DNA of 64,000 bases from Fistulifera solaris (Eukaryota): the NCBI GenBank assembly GCA_030295235.1, contig AP026157.1:248001-312000 (forward strand), read 5' to 3'. The stretch's first letter is position 1. Each line of letters begins with the position of its first letter. The notes under the pieces were generated by a model. That model saw nothing but the letters and a program-made list of their open reading frames with translations. It had not been told where the DNA came from and made no database searches. Of the stretch, positions 47,959 to 61,276 are shown piece by piece. Position numbers and translations under genes: made by a program.

Positions 47959-49172
47959 TCAAGCATCTTCTACCAGACACGCCGCATGCGACCAACCCGC
48001 ACTCACTTGTGTCACCTTCTTGCCATCCAAGGCTTCCACCCACACCGCTTGATCGGCGCGTCCTACACTGCCCAATCCCAAGACACCCCGTTTGCTCGTC
48101 AACGTCTGTCCTTGTCCAAAACTGTACAATTTTCCATCTTCATCCACCGCCAAGGTATAATCTTGTCCACAGGCTACATCCACAATGCGGGTATGCAACA
48201 AGGAATCCATCCGAACGGGTTCTAAATACAGCGACATGCCCCAATAAAACAATTCACCACTTTCGGTCACACACGCCGCGTGGGAATGTCCCGCGGCCAT
48301 TTTCACCACACGGCGTCCCAACAATTCATCCGCTTGAATCGGTTCCGGGACACTTTGCATGGCGTACATGTCGACGGCTAGTCCAAAGCCGAGCCCCAAT
48401 TGTCCCTTGTGATTGCGTCCCCACGCGTACAGCACACCATCCTCCATCAAAGCCAAGGTAAAGCCTTTGCCACCGGCAATGGCCAAAACACCTGCGTCAA
48501 CAATTCCACCGGTTCCAAATACAATTGATCGTTCGTTTCCAAATTCCCCAATCGACCATAACTCCCGGCCCCACACGACAAGACTTCTCCTTCCGTCGTC
48601 AAAACCGTGGTATGATATTCACTCATTTGCACTTGTTTTGCATAACAGCCATCTTCGACCAAGGAATCGACGCGTTGAAACTGGAGCGAAGAATTGCCTT
48701 CGCCTTGTCCCAAAAATCCCGTCCCGGACGACAACGAACTGCCCAATCCGGCCGTATACAAATCGCCCTCTTTCGTAATCAAGCCCGCCGTATGAACACC
48801 CAACGAAATGCTTTGTACCCGCACAGGCAAAGCCGTCAGCTTGGAAACGGGTTGCGTATGACCGACCCCCAATTGTCCAAATTTGTTGTCGCCTGCCACA
48901 TAGCACGTTCCATTTTGGAGTACAATGGCGGTGTCGGTCGGACCGCAGACGACTTGTTGAATTTCGGACACGTCCGTGCTTTCGGCCAAATACTCCGCCA
49001 AATTCTCAACACGCGTCGGAATGTCGAGTACTTTTTCATCTTGTCGATCTTTCGGTTTACAAATGGAGCCATGGTGATCGGTGCCCCACATATAGAGGGA
49101 CTGTTTGGGGGTCGCAGTGGAAACGAACCGACGACGCGATAGACGTCGAATGAAAGCGTTGTTTCGCATCAT
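47959..49172 (-). CDS. RCC1-repeat protein with mitochondrial-type presequence
   Basis: Repeats G.N.FGQLG.G, AAG.SH, ACG.DYT and SAGWSH. Start MMRNNAFIRRLSRRRF at 49172; frameshift near 48490. Confidence 0.88.
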
Positions 49173-50073
49173 TTTTTTTCGGCGGATGAAGGGGACCAGC
49201 AATAACAGGAGATAGAGAAACAAAAATTTACAAAAGATTGAAGCAATAAAAAGAAAGCGACGAAAGAAGACTGGAAGGGCAACAACAAGTAATGAATAAT
49301 TGCGAGGATGGATGATGGTGTTCATGATCCGCTATTTCTCGCATCATCGTGAGAATAAGATCCTCTCGGTTCTCTTACGGACGACGCAAGACGTTGCGGT
49401 ATGGCATACAGTAGCAATAAGCAAGCAAGACGAGACAAGACGAAACGACCGCACACAGTACATAATGAAATGCCAGAAAGACGTCAACCAAACGGTTAAT
49501 CCAATAGCCGCGGCATTTGCAACGCAAGCCATCGAGAGATGCAGGAGCCGACGAAATGGAATGCGAAATGGAAGAGAAAGAGGGAAACGACAGTTTGTAC
49601 TATAGCCTATACATGTATAAAACTTTTGTCACGAGTCACGACCGATTCCGTCATTCGCTCAATCGTTCGTGTTTCCTACGACAGCCCTTCCTTTTTATAA
49701 TTAGCGCTTTCTATCTATCATTGAGGTTAATATTCGGGCAATAAATGCACCGCGCCTTCTGACAACAGTCGAAAATTGCCTCTGATCGTGCTGACTGAAA
49801 AAACACTATGGACGTTTAGTGTAAGTTCCACATTGGATTGCAGTCACGGAGCTGACGTAACGCAATGATGGCAACACAAAAATGACACCTCGGAAAAACA
49901 CGAAGATCGACGATCAAAGTTGATCATACTATTCGTTCATTTCAATTTGTTCACTTTATAAAAACTCTTTTCTTAACTTGCTTGTAACTATCCCTTCGTC
50001 TGGAAGAGCAGTTTTCCAGGGTTACGCTAGTACGAGAGAAACTACGTCGACGACCTTTAAAACAATCAGCATC

Positions 50074-50708
50074 ATGGCGATGAAAAGATCCTTCTTATTA
50101 TCCTTTCGCGTTCTTTCGTGCCTATCGTCTCTCTTATTATTCTTTCGAGTATCTCCATTTGCCGTCGCCGTGGTACCCGAGGCTCGGAAAGACGAAGAAG
50201 AATTCATTGTTTCAGACGCCAGCACGAACGTTCGGCGTCAACTGCGGTATACAACGTGTATGGATTTGCGCGACGCGTGTCCCCAATGGGCCGCACAAGG
50301 CGAATGTCACACGAACCCGGCCTATATGGGACCCCATTGTCCCGTCTCGTGTCACACCTGTCCCCTCCTCCAACCCCGCACGACCACGACGCCCTTCTCC
50401 ACAGTAATTCCTCGCACTTTGAAAGAAAGTGGATGGGAATTTCCGATGCTGTAGGACGGGATTGGGGCGTCCCGCAAATCATTTACGATCGTGACTATCG
50501 AGAAGCTATCCTGGCACGCATCGAACAAGTCCGACACAGTGCTGTGTTGTTGGAAAACGCCCAGAATTGTCGCAATTACAACGTCAATTGCACCCTGTGG
50601 GCGGTCCAAGGGGAGTGTGAAGCCAATCCGGAGTATATGAAACAATATTGTGCGCCCGTTTGTTGGGCGTGTGAACGAATCCGTAACGAACAAGAAGTAA
50701 TAGTATGA
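50074..50708 (+). CDS. Secreted protein with two ShKT domains
   Basis: C.D....C.QWA..GEC..NP.YM...CP.SC..C occurs twice; signal peptide; frameshift near 50395. Confidence 0.85.
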
Positions 50709-50784
50709 CGGATACAAAACCGAATTAGGGAAAATGTACAGTAAGATAACAAAATTTGTGTTTCACTATATATACTGAGTATTT

Positions 50785-51824
50785 TTATTCGTCTCGCTTT
50801 CGTTTCTTCTTGCTCTCACCTTTATTATTCTTGCTTCCCCACACGCGGACTTTTTTCAATTTCTTGTGAATCGCCTTCAACGTCGACAAGTCGTCTTCGG
50901 GTTGTTGTTCCAATTGCGACAACATATCACACAAGTGTTGCAGTATCGGCTCCAGGACGGCGACATTTTGTTCCGGGAAGCGCACCTTCAAGTAGCCCAA
51001 CAAGTCCATTTGTAATTCGGTTTGTTGTTGCTGCGCCAGCATGAGGGCCGCCAAACCGACTTGTCCCGGTGCATACAGGAGGGGAATATCCGAAAGGACC
51101 GCGTGATCGACCAACGTACGAGCCCGTTCGTAGATAGGAATTAAATCTTGTCCCGAGATCATGCTGTTATTGTTATTGTTCCGCACAAACAAGGCTTGTC
51201 CGACTTTGGTTTTCAAAAAGGTGCGCAAATCTTCCGTCAAGGCCACGACGGCTTTATAGGGATGAAAACACCGTAAATCAAAATGCAAGCCCTCCAAGAG
51301 AGCCACTTCGGTCGTTATAATGTCACTGGTTGGCACAGGAGCATTCATGGCTTCGGTCCCTTCTTCCAATTGTCGAATATCGACCGTCGCATCTTCGACT
51401 TTCGAGGCCAAAAAGGCGGCGGCGACCATGACGACTTTGGGGTCGTACAACAGGACCGAATTCGACAAAAGAATCGTCGCAAAAAGAGTGCGGCCGTGGC
51501 GGTAATTTTCGATTCGCGACGGATCCGTAACGCGTGCGGTCCGATGAGATTGGGCAATTTGTGGGCATAAAAGTGGACCAAGGTCGTTTCTTCGTCGGCG
51601 GTCAAAAAGTGCTCGTGTTCATTGGGAAGATTATTGTCGTCTAGAGAATGATTCTTCCATTCGGCTGCAAAGTAGGAGGGTGTAGGAGTATTGTTACTCG
51701 TCTCAGTTTGCGCTGTGATGTATTCACGGGCTTGGCGATTGGCGTGTGTTCGACAGCGTTGCAGTTCGTGAGGGGAGGAAAACATCCATTTGTGCAATTG
51801 ACTGCTATTTTCGTAATCGACCAT
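50785..51824 (-). CDS. CCNH: Cyclin H
   Basis: N-terminal DYENSSQ...WMF, TA...RRFFLSNSV..YDPK.VM.AA.FLA.KVE, E..LLEGL.FDL..FHPY and LLY.PGQ..LAAL. Missing T near 51468. Confidence 0.88.
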
Positions 51825-53055
51825 TGTGTGAGAGAGAGAGAGGAAAAACTTTTTGGAAAGAGAGAAGGAAGAATAAAAAACACTTGTATTAGGATGAATG
51901 AATTAACATCATGCATTCACTTCCTGACGCTTCTTGCGACGCGACGACGAGGTATGGAGAAAAATAGGAAATAAGCTAGAGCAGAACGGCGGAACGTCAA
52001 AATATTATTATTAAAAAAAACAAGAATGGGCTTGGTGCGACATGAGCATAGTTTGTACCTAGAAGCTGTGCATGATTTCATCGTCGCAGAGCGGAAAATG
52101 AGCGCAAACAGTTATTTATTTACCATGATACTCAAATATGATGGTGAGAGAGAACTAAGAGCCATCAGTCGTTGATATTACTCTTGTTGTAGATTGAACG
52201 ACTAGCATGGCTCGTTGCGTCAGAGAGGCCAGAGAAGGATTCAAAATTTTTTAAAATACAAAGTATTTCTCCGCACAAAGCAAATTTGCATGTGTCATTT
52301 TGCTGAAATAAAACAAAAACAACCAATCATTGCGGAGGTATCATGATATCATTTTAATCTTTCGCCAAGAATCTCTTTGGAAAAACTAGAAAAAATACAG
52401 TTAGGAAGAGAGGAAGCCAAGAAGGGTGTCGCACACGAGGAACCCGTTGGCGCTGCGCGATGCGTGTGGCGCCCTCTTGTGAGTCGTGATAGAAAGTTGT
52501 TAGCTCTAGCTAGAGCAATCTCTACTCTTTGTGGGCTGAAAACGAAGAATGACAACAGAGGAACCTGTGGGAACTACGAACGGGGGACTCGGAATTCGGA
52601 ACAACAAGAGCGACAAATGACAGTTGTAATTGGCCAAAACGAAACAAACTATTTATGGCAAAGATGAAAAGATGAAGATGGAGATACAGCGAGCGCTCTT
52701 AAGTAAAGTCGCAGCAACGCCCGGAAGTCGCCAGAGTGAGTCGTGTTACAGTACTGGAAGGCCTATACGGAAGTAACATTCGGAAGTGAAAACTCGAGGT
52801 CCATAAAGTATTGATCGGATTTAGGGGCGTAAGCGAAGGAATCACAAGAGGTGCACGTTTCTCGGTGAAGTGAAACGAAATCGGCTGCTTGTTTCCGGTG
52901 GTCATTTTTGGTACCCGCATCGCATTTAGACCGAAAAAGGTACGCATTAGAATAATCGTAGCTGCCCTGTGATACGCTTGTCGGCATTTGACTCACCCTT
53001 TCATTGAACTGCTTTGTCTTCTCAGTATCTGCTTGTTTTCTCATCAAACGAAGTG

Positions 53056-56000
53056 ATGTTCATTCACGCCAAAACTCTCGTTTTCCTTTTCTGTGGCCTT
53101 CTTCGTATCGGTGCCTCGGAAGGGCTTCTTCCTTCAACTCCGCTTACGGAAGTCGGGTCGTTGTGCGAAGATACGATCGCGTTGTCCGTTCCGACGGATG
53201 GCAGCCCCAAGATTGTCACCGGAACTCATTCGAAGCTCTTTTCGTTCTTCGATTGTGACTACGTGGAGGCAGGGCCTGTCCCAGCCACTATTTATCAGAT
53301 TGAAGGAAAAGGTACGATGTTGGAAGCAGCATTGCTAGCGCATCCGCAGGGTTCGTTGAGTGAGATCGGCGTATTCGAAGGTTGTCCCAGCGAGCTAGGC
53401 AGCACTGCTGGCGTGGACCTCTACCCCAACTGTGTTGCGGGTCAGTATTATCAGGGCGCTCGCTGGATGGCCAAGGCGGGTCAGTTGTACACCATTGTTG
53501 TGTATTCATTGATGGATCCTTCTTCCAGCGACTTTATTCTTCGCGTGGAAACCGCGGAGGCGGATTCGATTTGCAGCGCGGAAGGCGAGACTGCAGGTTC
53601 ACTCGTTGATCTCGGAAAGTTGAACACGACTACTGGTACGCTGCAGCAGATGGGCGGACCCGAGGACAGCGTGTTAATTACGGATCTTCCTTTCTGTGAC
53701 TACGAACCGCAATCTTCTTCTGTTTTGTACAAGTTCATTGTTCCTGAACCAAATGTTTCCGTCGTGGTGCAAGTCGAAGGCGGGGACGGCGTCAGCGATG
53801 CCTATGTGACGGTGTATCAAGGCGATTGCGAGAGCGGCTACTCCTGTCTGGCGCCAACGAATGCCGGAGATGAGAATTCATTGATGTCAAATGCAACTCT
53901 TGACAACGAAACTGACAGCACGATTCGAGCATCATACAACGTCCATTCATTCCACAACGAGAAGGCGGGGACTGCCTACATTGTTGCTGTCAATTCCTGT
54001 TGCAACGCCGACATCACAGACTTTCGATTGACGGTGAATGTCTCCAATTACGGAAATGTCTGCGAAGACTCTGCTGAGGTTGATTTGTCTTCCGGCGAGT
54101 ATTCAGCAGTGGTCAGCCTTTCTGGCAAGAGAGTGTACCGTGATCTTTATTCATGCCAGGTTAGCATTGATGACTCCTACGATGAAATTGCGCAATCGAC
54201 TCCCTCCGAATCCGCTAATTTGATCAGTGGCCCAACAGCGTTCTACAAGATTGACGGTGACGGGAAGACCTATGTCGCCTACGTTGCTCCTTCAGATCGA
54301 GACGTCCAAGACAATGGTCAACTCAGGATGGCAGTTTTCAGTGCAACTTCTTGCAGCGCGACATTCCAGTGTATGAAGCAAGACAACTTCAACAGCTTTG
54401 TTTCCATCGAAACAGAAATTGGTGAAACGTATTACTTGGCCATCTACGACGAAATCGCTGACAATAAGGGCTCATACGACTTGCAGATAACTGCAGTGTC
54501 TGTCACGTCGCTCTGCGAGGATGCTACTGATCTAGGAACAGTCAACAGCACGGAGCTAACAGTCAGGGGTACATCGGCAAAAGCTGGTTATTACACAACA
54601 TTGGACTTCTGCAACGTGTATGGTGAAAGTGTTCATTCTCGTGTCTTTTCGTTTGTGGCGGAAAGTGACGGTCCTATCATGGCTTCTGTCAAGGCGGATC
54701 CAACAGTAGACTTTTATCCTCAGGTCGCGGTCGTACCAAATTGTTCTGGCGAAAACTGCATAGATGTGGCACTATCTGAGGGTGACATGATGTCTCCTCG
54801 TGCCATCTGGACTGCCGAATCTGGAACTACCTACTACGTTATAGTGTTCACCTTCGACATGTACAATACGGGACAGTTTGACCTGACGTTGGAGCCTTTG
54901 ACGACGACGCCTATTTGCGATAATGAAAACGTGGTCGACTTGGGCACGATTCCTGACGAAGGCGCTATGTTTGAAGGGGAGCACAATATCGCAGCCATTG
55001 TTTTCGGTCGCATCATCGTGTCATGAAGACGGCGGCTACTTTTCGGAGTTGACTCGTGGGGCGACTTTCTCTCTTTCAGGCGACGGAAATGCTTACGTGG
55101 TCGGCTTCAGCGCTATTGACTTTAGTCCCATGATGACTGTCTTCAATGGTGGTTGTGATACCTTCGAATGCATCCCGACAGCTTCGGCAGGTACTTATTT
55201 GTTGGACACCAAAGCGGGCGAGACCTACACGATTTTGGTTGGCGATTGTTGCAGCGCCGGTGGAAGTGGAGGGACTTTCAATTTGCATGTAAACAAGGTC
55301 GCAAAAGGCAATGTTACAGCCGATATTGTCGAGAAGATTGAGTCCATTGGCAACGAGACGAAGAAGGTGCTGGGGTCGACGACAGATGGTCTCTTCTATC
55401 CAACTTTACCTGCTTGCTACTTTCCGGTCGATTCACCGGCTGTTGTTTACGAGTTGAACACCGGCGTCGGTTACTTCTCTGCACAAGTTTCTGGTTTTGG
55501 GTTTAGCGCTTACCTCGCGCTCTACAAAGCAGATGGTTCAGGAGGTTTTGAATGTTACGGAACACAAGGTCCGCAAGAAGTATCGTGGGAGGGAGAAGAA
55601 GCAAAGAGTCTTTATCTTGTCGTTTTCGGCAGCGCGAATGAAGTCGGTGACTTCTCTCTGCGTTTGAACAAGCACCCCATCTCAGGTGAACCTTGTGACG
55701 ATGTGTACGATCTTGGCAACGTCACGGAAGATGGGTTGGTGCACGTCGAGACTTTGGATGGTTGGTCGTTCCTCCCTGAGAATCAAACAGCGTGTGAATA
55801 CGAAGGTCATCGCACTGTTCCTGGTGGACGGTCCAAGATTTACACAGTCATTGGTAACGGAAAGACGTTGGTGGCTTCCACATTCATTTCGCAGATGACG
55901 AGAAATCAAGGAATCTCGGTGAGCGTGACAGTTGTCAAAGGTGTCTGTGGTGCTGTCGAGTGCGTCGAAGGCGCCTATTCGAATTCGAGCTCGTTTTGGT

Positions 56001-56320
56001 CACTCACGTGGCCGTCGGTTGCCGGAGAGACGTATGATATTGTGGTCTCCACTTGCTGCTCCTTCGACGATGCTCCCTTTACGGAAGATGACTTTGTGTT
56101 GATGGTGTACGAAGAAGGCACAAAGTTGTTTAGTTATCCGATCGAGCCATCAGACGATCCCCCCTCAGATGTGAGTGCCAGTGATGGAACAGACAGCTTG
56201 GAAAATAGCGCGGCGAACGGAATTGATAGTGCTCTCGACGCTGACTCGTCGAGCCGCCAGGCGGTGAATGGTATGTCTTTCTGGGCCGTGATGACATTCA
56301 TTTGCTACTTTGCCCTTTAA
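53056..56320 (+). CDS. Large secreted, probably GPI-anchored protein with repeated Cys-containing beta-sandwich (PPC-like) modules
   Basis: Signal peptide [16 protein letters not shown]. About 7 modules of form C.D..DLG...C...Y...G.C....C...G.TY.I.V....G.F.L.V; hydrophobic C-terminal tail; frameshift near 54975-55010. Confidence 0.8.
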
Positions 56321-56386
56321 TTTGTTAGTCGCGACGGCGTGTATCATTCAACTATGGAACCCAACTACACTAGCAAAAGTTATACG

Positions 56387-56586
56387 TCTATCTATCTATC
56401 TATCCATCCATCCATCCATCCATCCATCCATCCATCCATCCATCCATCCATCCATCCATCCATCCATCCATCCATCCATCCATCCATCCATCCATCCATC
56501 CATCCATCCATCCATCCATCCATCCATCCATCCATCCATCCATCCATCCATCCATCCATCCATCCATCCATCCATCCATCCATCCA
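56387..56586. repeat. Compound microsatellite (TCTA)4(TCCA)46
   Basis: TCTA units 56387-56402, TCCA units 56403-56586. Confidence 0.95.
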
Positions 56587-56733
56587 ATATGATGATTCAA
56601 TTTGCACCTTGTTTTTCGTTTTACAGGTCATGCAACATCCGTATTTAAAGCCGCGCGATTATTGATTTCGCTGCGACAGTCCGAAATTGGCTGGCGCAAC
56701 GTAGCAGCATCTGTCTGCACCATGGTGCACCAC

Positions 56734-57134
56734 TGTTGAAATCCACCGATGTCGGGACCGTCGGAGGATTGGGCTGAACGGATCAGAGGCCTGAACGGAT
56801 CAGAGTTGTGTGCGAACGGATTGCTGCAAACGGATTGCTGGTGATAAAACTAGATGCTAATCTTATAAGGCTATCGTATTCTATTGTTCGTGATCTTTTC
56901 ACTTCAAAGATGTCGCATTTCAACATGTAAGATACTCCGTAATAAAATGGCAACGTCAGCTGTATAGGTCTTGTCAGTGTATTGGGATGCTTTTCCACTG
57001 CAGTTAGCCATATCGGGAACGAGTTTCGGAGAATAGTTTGATCGCTGTTCGCTACTCAATTCCCTATAGTAGAACTCGTGTAAACGAGACTTTCCCGTTG
57101 GTTCATGACTCGTTTACTCACGGGTTATTCAACA
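56734..57134 (-). repeat. 3' LTR (401 bp)
   Basis: Matches 62596-62997 by eye except for one A indel. PPT GAGAGGGAG (minus strand) at 57143-57135. Confidence 0.96.
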
Positions 57135-57154
57135 CTCCCTCTCGAACTGCGATT

Positions 57155-60100
57155 TTACCATCCGAGGATTGCCATTCGATGTTTGACAAAGAGATCGTAT
57201 GTCAATGGCTTTGTTAAAATATCCGCGGTTTGTTCGAGTGTATCGATCTTGTGGATTGTTATGTCTCCACTGTCCACGCATTACGATCTGAAGTGGTGAA
57301 GCTTCACATTCAAGTGTTTCGTCCTGGGTCGAGCCTTCGGAACTTTCGCTATTTCCAACGCTCCCGAGTTGTCTTCGAAAACTTTACAATGCACCTTCGG
57401 TCTCCATTCGCTCACATCGAATCCGAGAGCTTGCATTTCCTTCAAGGTGTTCATGATGGGTATCGCGTCTCGTAGCGTAACTCAAACCGGTAAATTCACT
57501 TTCAGTTGAACTCAATGCAATTTCTGTCTGGAGTTGACTCTTGTGATGCAACAATACGCCGGGCGTGGGTGATAAGGAATCCGTGTCGCGAGCGCGCCGT
57601 GTTTCGGTCTTCAAAAGCTATCTCTGGATCCCAGTTGCCTGCGAAGTCGGGCGTCGACATGAACTTCCAAGCTCTTGGAAATATCTGGCTTCAAGATCAT
57701 TCCTTTATCCCTTGTTCCTTTCAAATACTTTCCGAGCCATCTAATTGCATCTCCATGCTCTTTTCTTGGATCGGATGCAAAGCGCGCACTGGTGTACCGC
57801 ATAGGCGATATCTGGCCTGGATCCTCGCGTGAGATAGTTCATTTTGCCGATGACTGAAGTATAATGGAAACTTTTGTCGAATGGAGGCTTAATTTGGGAT
57901 GTTTTGAAAGAAGTTTCCGATGATGCCATGGGAATATCTTTTGTCTTAACTTCGTCTCGCTCGAGTTTTAAGTCTTTGAGTATCGAATCAATGAGGTGTG
58001 GCTGCTTCAGCTCAATTGTCGATTCATCAATCCTGTTGATATTGACACCCAGAAAATCTGATAGATCGCCCTCCACAGTAATGTCTAGCTTGATCTGCTT
58101 CATCTTTTCAATTATTTCTTCAATCTCTTTCTCGTTTGGACCGGCTAGAATGCTGTCGTCCGTGTAGAGAACATACATGGTGTTCTTGTAGTAGAACACA
58201 CATTCGTCGTACTGAGATTGCCTGAAACCAATCTCGATGAGCTTCTTTCGCAAATAGAGAAACCATGTTCGACTTGCATCTTTTGCGCCGTAGACATTCT
58301 TGTGAACCTTCAATACATATTCGTCTGGCGAAGCTCCTTGTATCTTGTAACCTTTCGGTATCGAAAGATATATTTCCTTGTCGCGCGGTGCTTGCGGAAA
58401 AGCTTGAACATAATCGAGTTGCTTTGTTTTCCATCCATGAACAATAACCATTGCTAATAACAAACGAATGGAGCTCCAGTTGGCGACTGGGGAGTAAGTC
58501 AGCTCGTAGTCTCGGCCATACTTCATTCTTGACCCATCAATTGTCAACCTTGCCTTCCACTTCTTGACTTCTCTTGTCATGATATCTCGCTTGCGACGAA
58601 GTTGCCATACAGTTGGGAGGATCGTGGCTCCCTCTGGAACTTGACTTTTCGGAAATAATGAGAAATTTCCGTTTGCCATTTGGTCGTCAATCTCTGTGTC
58701 CATGCCCTTCGAGAACTCAGGCCAATCCGGTTCTTTGCGAGCTTGATGAAGATACATCGAATCGGGATCTGCGCTCGTCTTGAAAACGTAAAATGGATCC
58801 GGTGGGTTGAGCTTTGTCGAAGCACTTTGGAGGGTTTCGTAAGCGAAAATTTCTCCTTTGACGTCGGGAAGTTGATGAGTGAGTTCGCATGCAAACATCG
58901 CGACCATAATCTCTATCAATCGAGTGACTGGACGTCGTCGTCGAGTGCTCCTCTCCCTCTGAGGTTGTGGTTGCGGTGGAGCAGGAAGAGACTCAGCTTG
59001 CTCGTCGATCGGCGGAACATCGGCATCAGGATGTTCGGAAGGTAGAATTGGAGCATTCGGAGGAGGAACGGCTTCGGATTCAAGCGGCTGAGGAACTGGA
59101 GGCGCAGGAGGTGTCACAGAAGGCGAAGATGGTTGTTGGGCGTCAGGAGCGACAACAAAACCGGCTTTGAGTTGCCACAAACAAGTTTTCGCAAGGTCCG
59201 GAACAGTTTCGAATTTCGAATCAAATTTGACGTGAAACTGGGGACTGACGAGGCCTGTGTCGGGGTTGAGTACCAGGGCGACAGACCGACTGTGTACTGG
59301 AGAACGTCCTAAATAGATACCAAGATGTGACCGCAAACGCCATTTGTGAAAAATTCGACTTTTTCCGCCTTGCAATGTTGCGTCGAGAACGAAAACTGGG
59401 CAACCGAAAGGTTTCCAATGAATCGGATTCGAATGAACATCCGTGTTGGCGAAAAGCTGGTAAGGAGTGCGTCGCTCGGCGTGTTTCATATTCGGCATAT
59501 GATTGATGGAATCGTTTGCCATTCGTAAAGCGTACGGCCACAGTTGAGTGGTGATGGCTTGCGGCCATCGATGTTGTGCGTCGATCAACATCGCTCGTGT
59601 GAGTTCTTGCAGCTGTCGAATTCGTCGTTCGGCTCGTCCATTTTGATGATGAGCTCCTACTCCGGCAAAAGAAAGACCTTGACCTTTTGTTGCGCAATCG
59701 TTGACCCATGTGTTCGAATTGAAAATTCCATTGTCGGCATGATAGTGCTTGATCTTCTCAACGCCACAATTGCGAGCTGCATTGTTCGAAAGCTTGCTTC
59801 GCTTCAAGAGTCTCACTTGCACTTTGTGTCTTTTGCAGGTGAACATAACTCAAGTTGGAATACAAGTCGACAAAGACGGTTGCGTACAGGTATCTCTTGG
59901 TTGTCAGAATTCCTGTGAGCTGCGCAATAAAACCGGGCGTAGGCGAAACCATTTGATCCACAGCAACAGTTTGACCAGGGTGAGTCGGAGCTTGAATATT
60001 TTTACCCTGTTTTGCTGGTTTTGTTCGCCACTGACGTTTTGTTGCTCTTCCATAAAGACAGGCAGTGCACACAGGTGTCGGGCACTTGGCAAGTCGGCGC

Positions 60101-61249
60101 GGAATAACTCCTTGCTTCGCGAGTTCTTGAAGCTTCTCCATCGGCGCATGACCGTAAAGTCGATGGTAAGCGAGTAATTCGGCGGCTGGAATGCTTGGAC
60201 TTGTGGCAGTGTCGCTTTCTTGGATTACTGGCTTGTCTTCTTTTCCTTCGAACTCAAAATCAACTGTGCGACTTTGAAACGGTTCAGCTCCCTCTGAATC
60301 TTCGTTTGCTCCCTCTGTAACGTCTGTGGTGTCCTCCTGTGCATCAAAACAAAGCGGATTTTCGTCGTCATCGTCGGGAATCGATGCTTCTGTGCAGAAG
60401 GCTGCAAATTTTCGAAAGCCAGGAGGCCGGAATAGAAAGTCGCGACATTCGAGCTTGTATCGATCGGAACTGTCTTCTTGTTGTTGCCCCAATAGAGAAC
60501 CGCGTGTTTGCTGGTTGTGTCACATCCAGAGAGCTTGTGACCAGTGTGTTTTGCCCAGTGTTGCGGTGACAAAAGTCGAACTTTACCTTCAGGTACGTAA
60601 TAGGAGTTGGGGATTGTAAAGATACCATTTTGCCCTCATCGCTCTCCCATGACCATTTCAGGGTTCCTTTCTTGACATTGGTAGTGCGTGAGCCGCCAAA
60701 GCCCTTGATGATCAAGTTTGTGTCGGAAAGTTCCCCAATAAAGTCACTTGCAACATGGGAGATGCATGCAGAGCATCTATTGTCAATTCCTACGGGAACA
60801 GAGTCCGTATCGAAGGTCGTGGTAAGTACTAGCGGAACTGTGTTGGTGCTGTAACACATTGCTGTCATCATCAGTAAAACTCTTCGCTGTCTGAACTGTC
60901 TTTCTCTCCACCAGTCCATGATAGGATTGCGGAACCGAATGAGTGGTGTGCGAGTGCTTGGATTTGACCTTTTCTTTGCTTGCTTGACGCGGTACTGGTA
61001 TGTTTGCCGCGCCTTGTGTCGTATCCAGTAGGTGTGAACTCGCACCAGGTAAGTCTGAATCGAGTTCTGCGCGCGTTGACCAATTGCTTTCAGTCGGTTG
61101 CTAACAGTTTCCTTTCGAAGTCTCTTAGGAACATAGCGTTTTCCGACGTCATTAGATAGGTCACCAAACAAGCAGAAGACTAGGATAGCGGTGTAGGCGA
61201 GTAGCCAGTTGATGCTCAAGTTGAGACACCGCCAAAGGAACTTGGTAAG
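57155..61249 (-). CDS. pol: Retrotransposon Pol (protease, integrase, RT, RNase H), with several frameshifts
   Basis: PR GIDNRCS; IN H..GH...C..C, VDQ, HADNG and NG.AERRIR; RT QLDYVQAF, KNVYG.K.A.RTW and YTDD; RH ALSSTESE and TADILTKPL, ending ILGW* at 57155. Confidence 0.9.
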
Positions 61250-61276
61250 TCATTCGCTGTCGCTAGGCCGTCGTCG

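Noticed and set aside
2059..56320. Pervasive frameshifts read as programmed frameshifting or mass pseudogenisation
   Set aside because: They hit essential genes (RNR2, cyclin H) and the cases I checked are single-base losses or gains in homopolymers (for example 43828-43832, 44180-44184, 51467-51470) with no shared slippery or stop context. The near-identical LTRs also differ by one indel. Long-read consensus error is the simplest explanation; polishing with short reads would confirm it.
56310..56665. (SIHP)n and (MDGW)n ORFs
   Set aside because: Translations of the TCCA microsatellite.
56783..56998. 71-aa ORF duplicated at 62645-62860
   Set aside because: Lies inside the LTRs, so the duplication reflects LTR identity.
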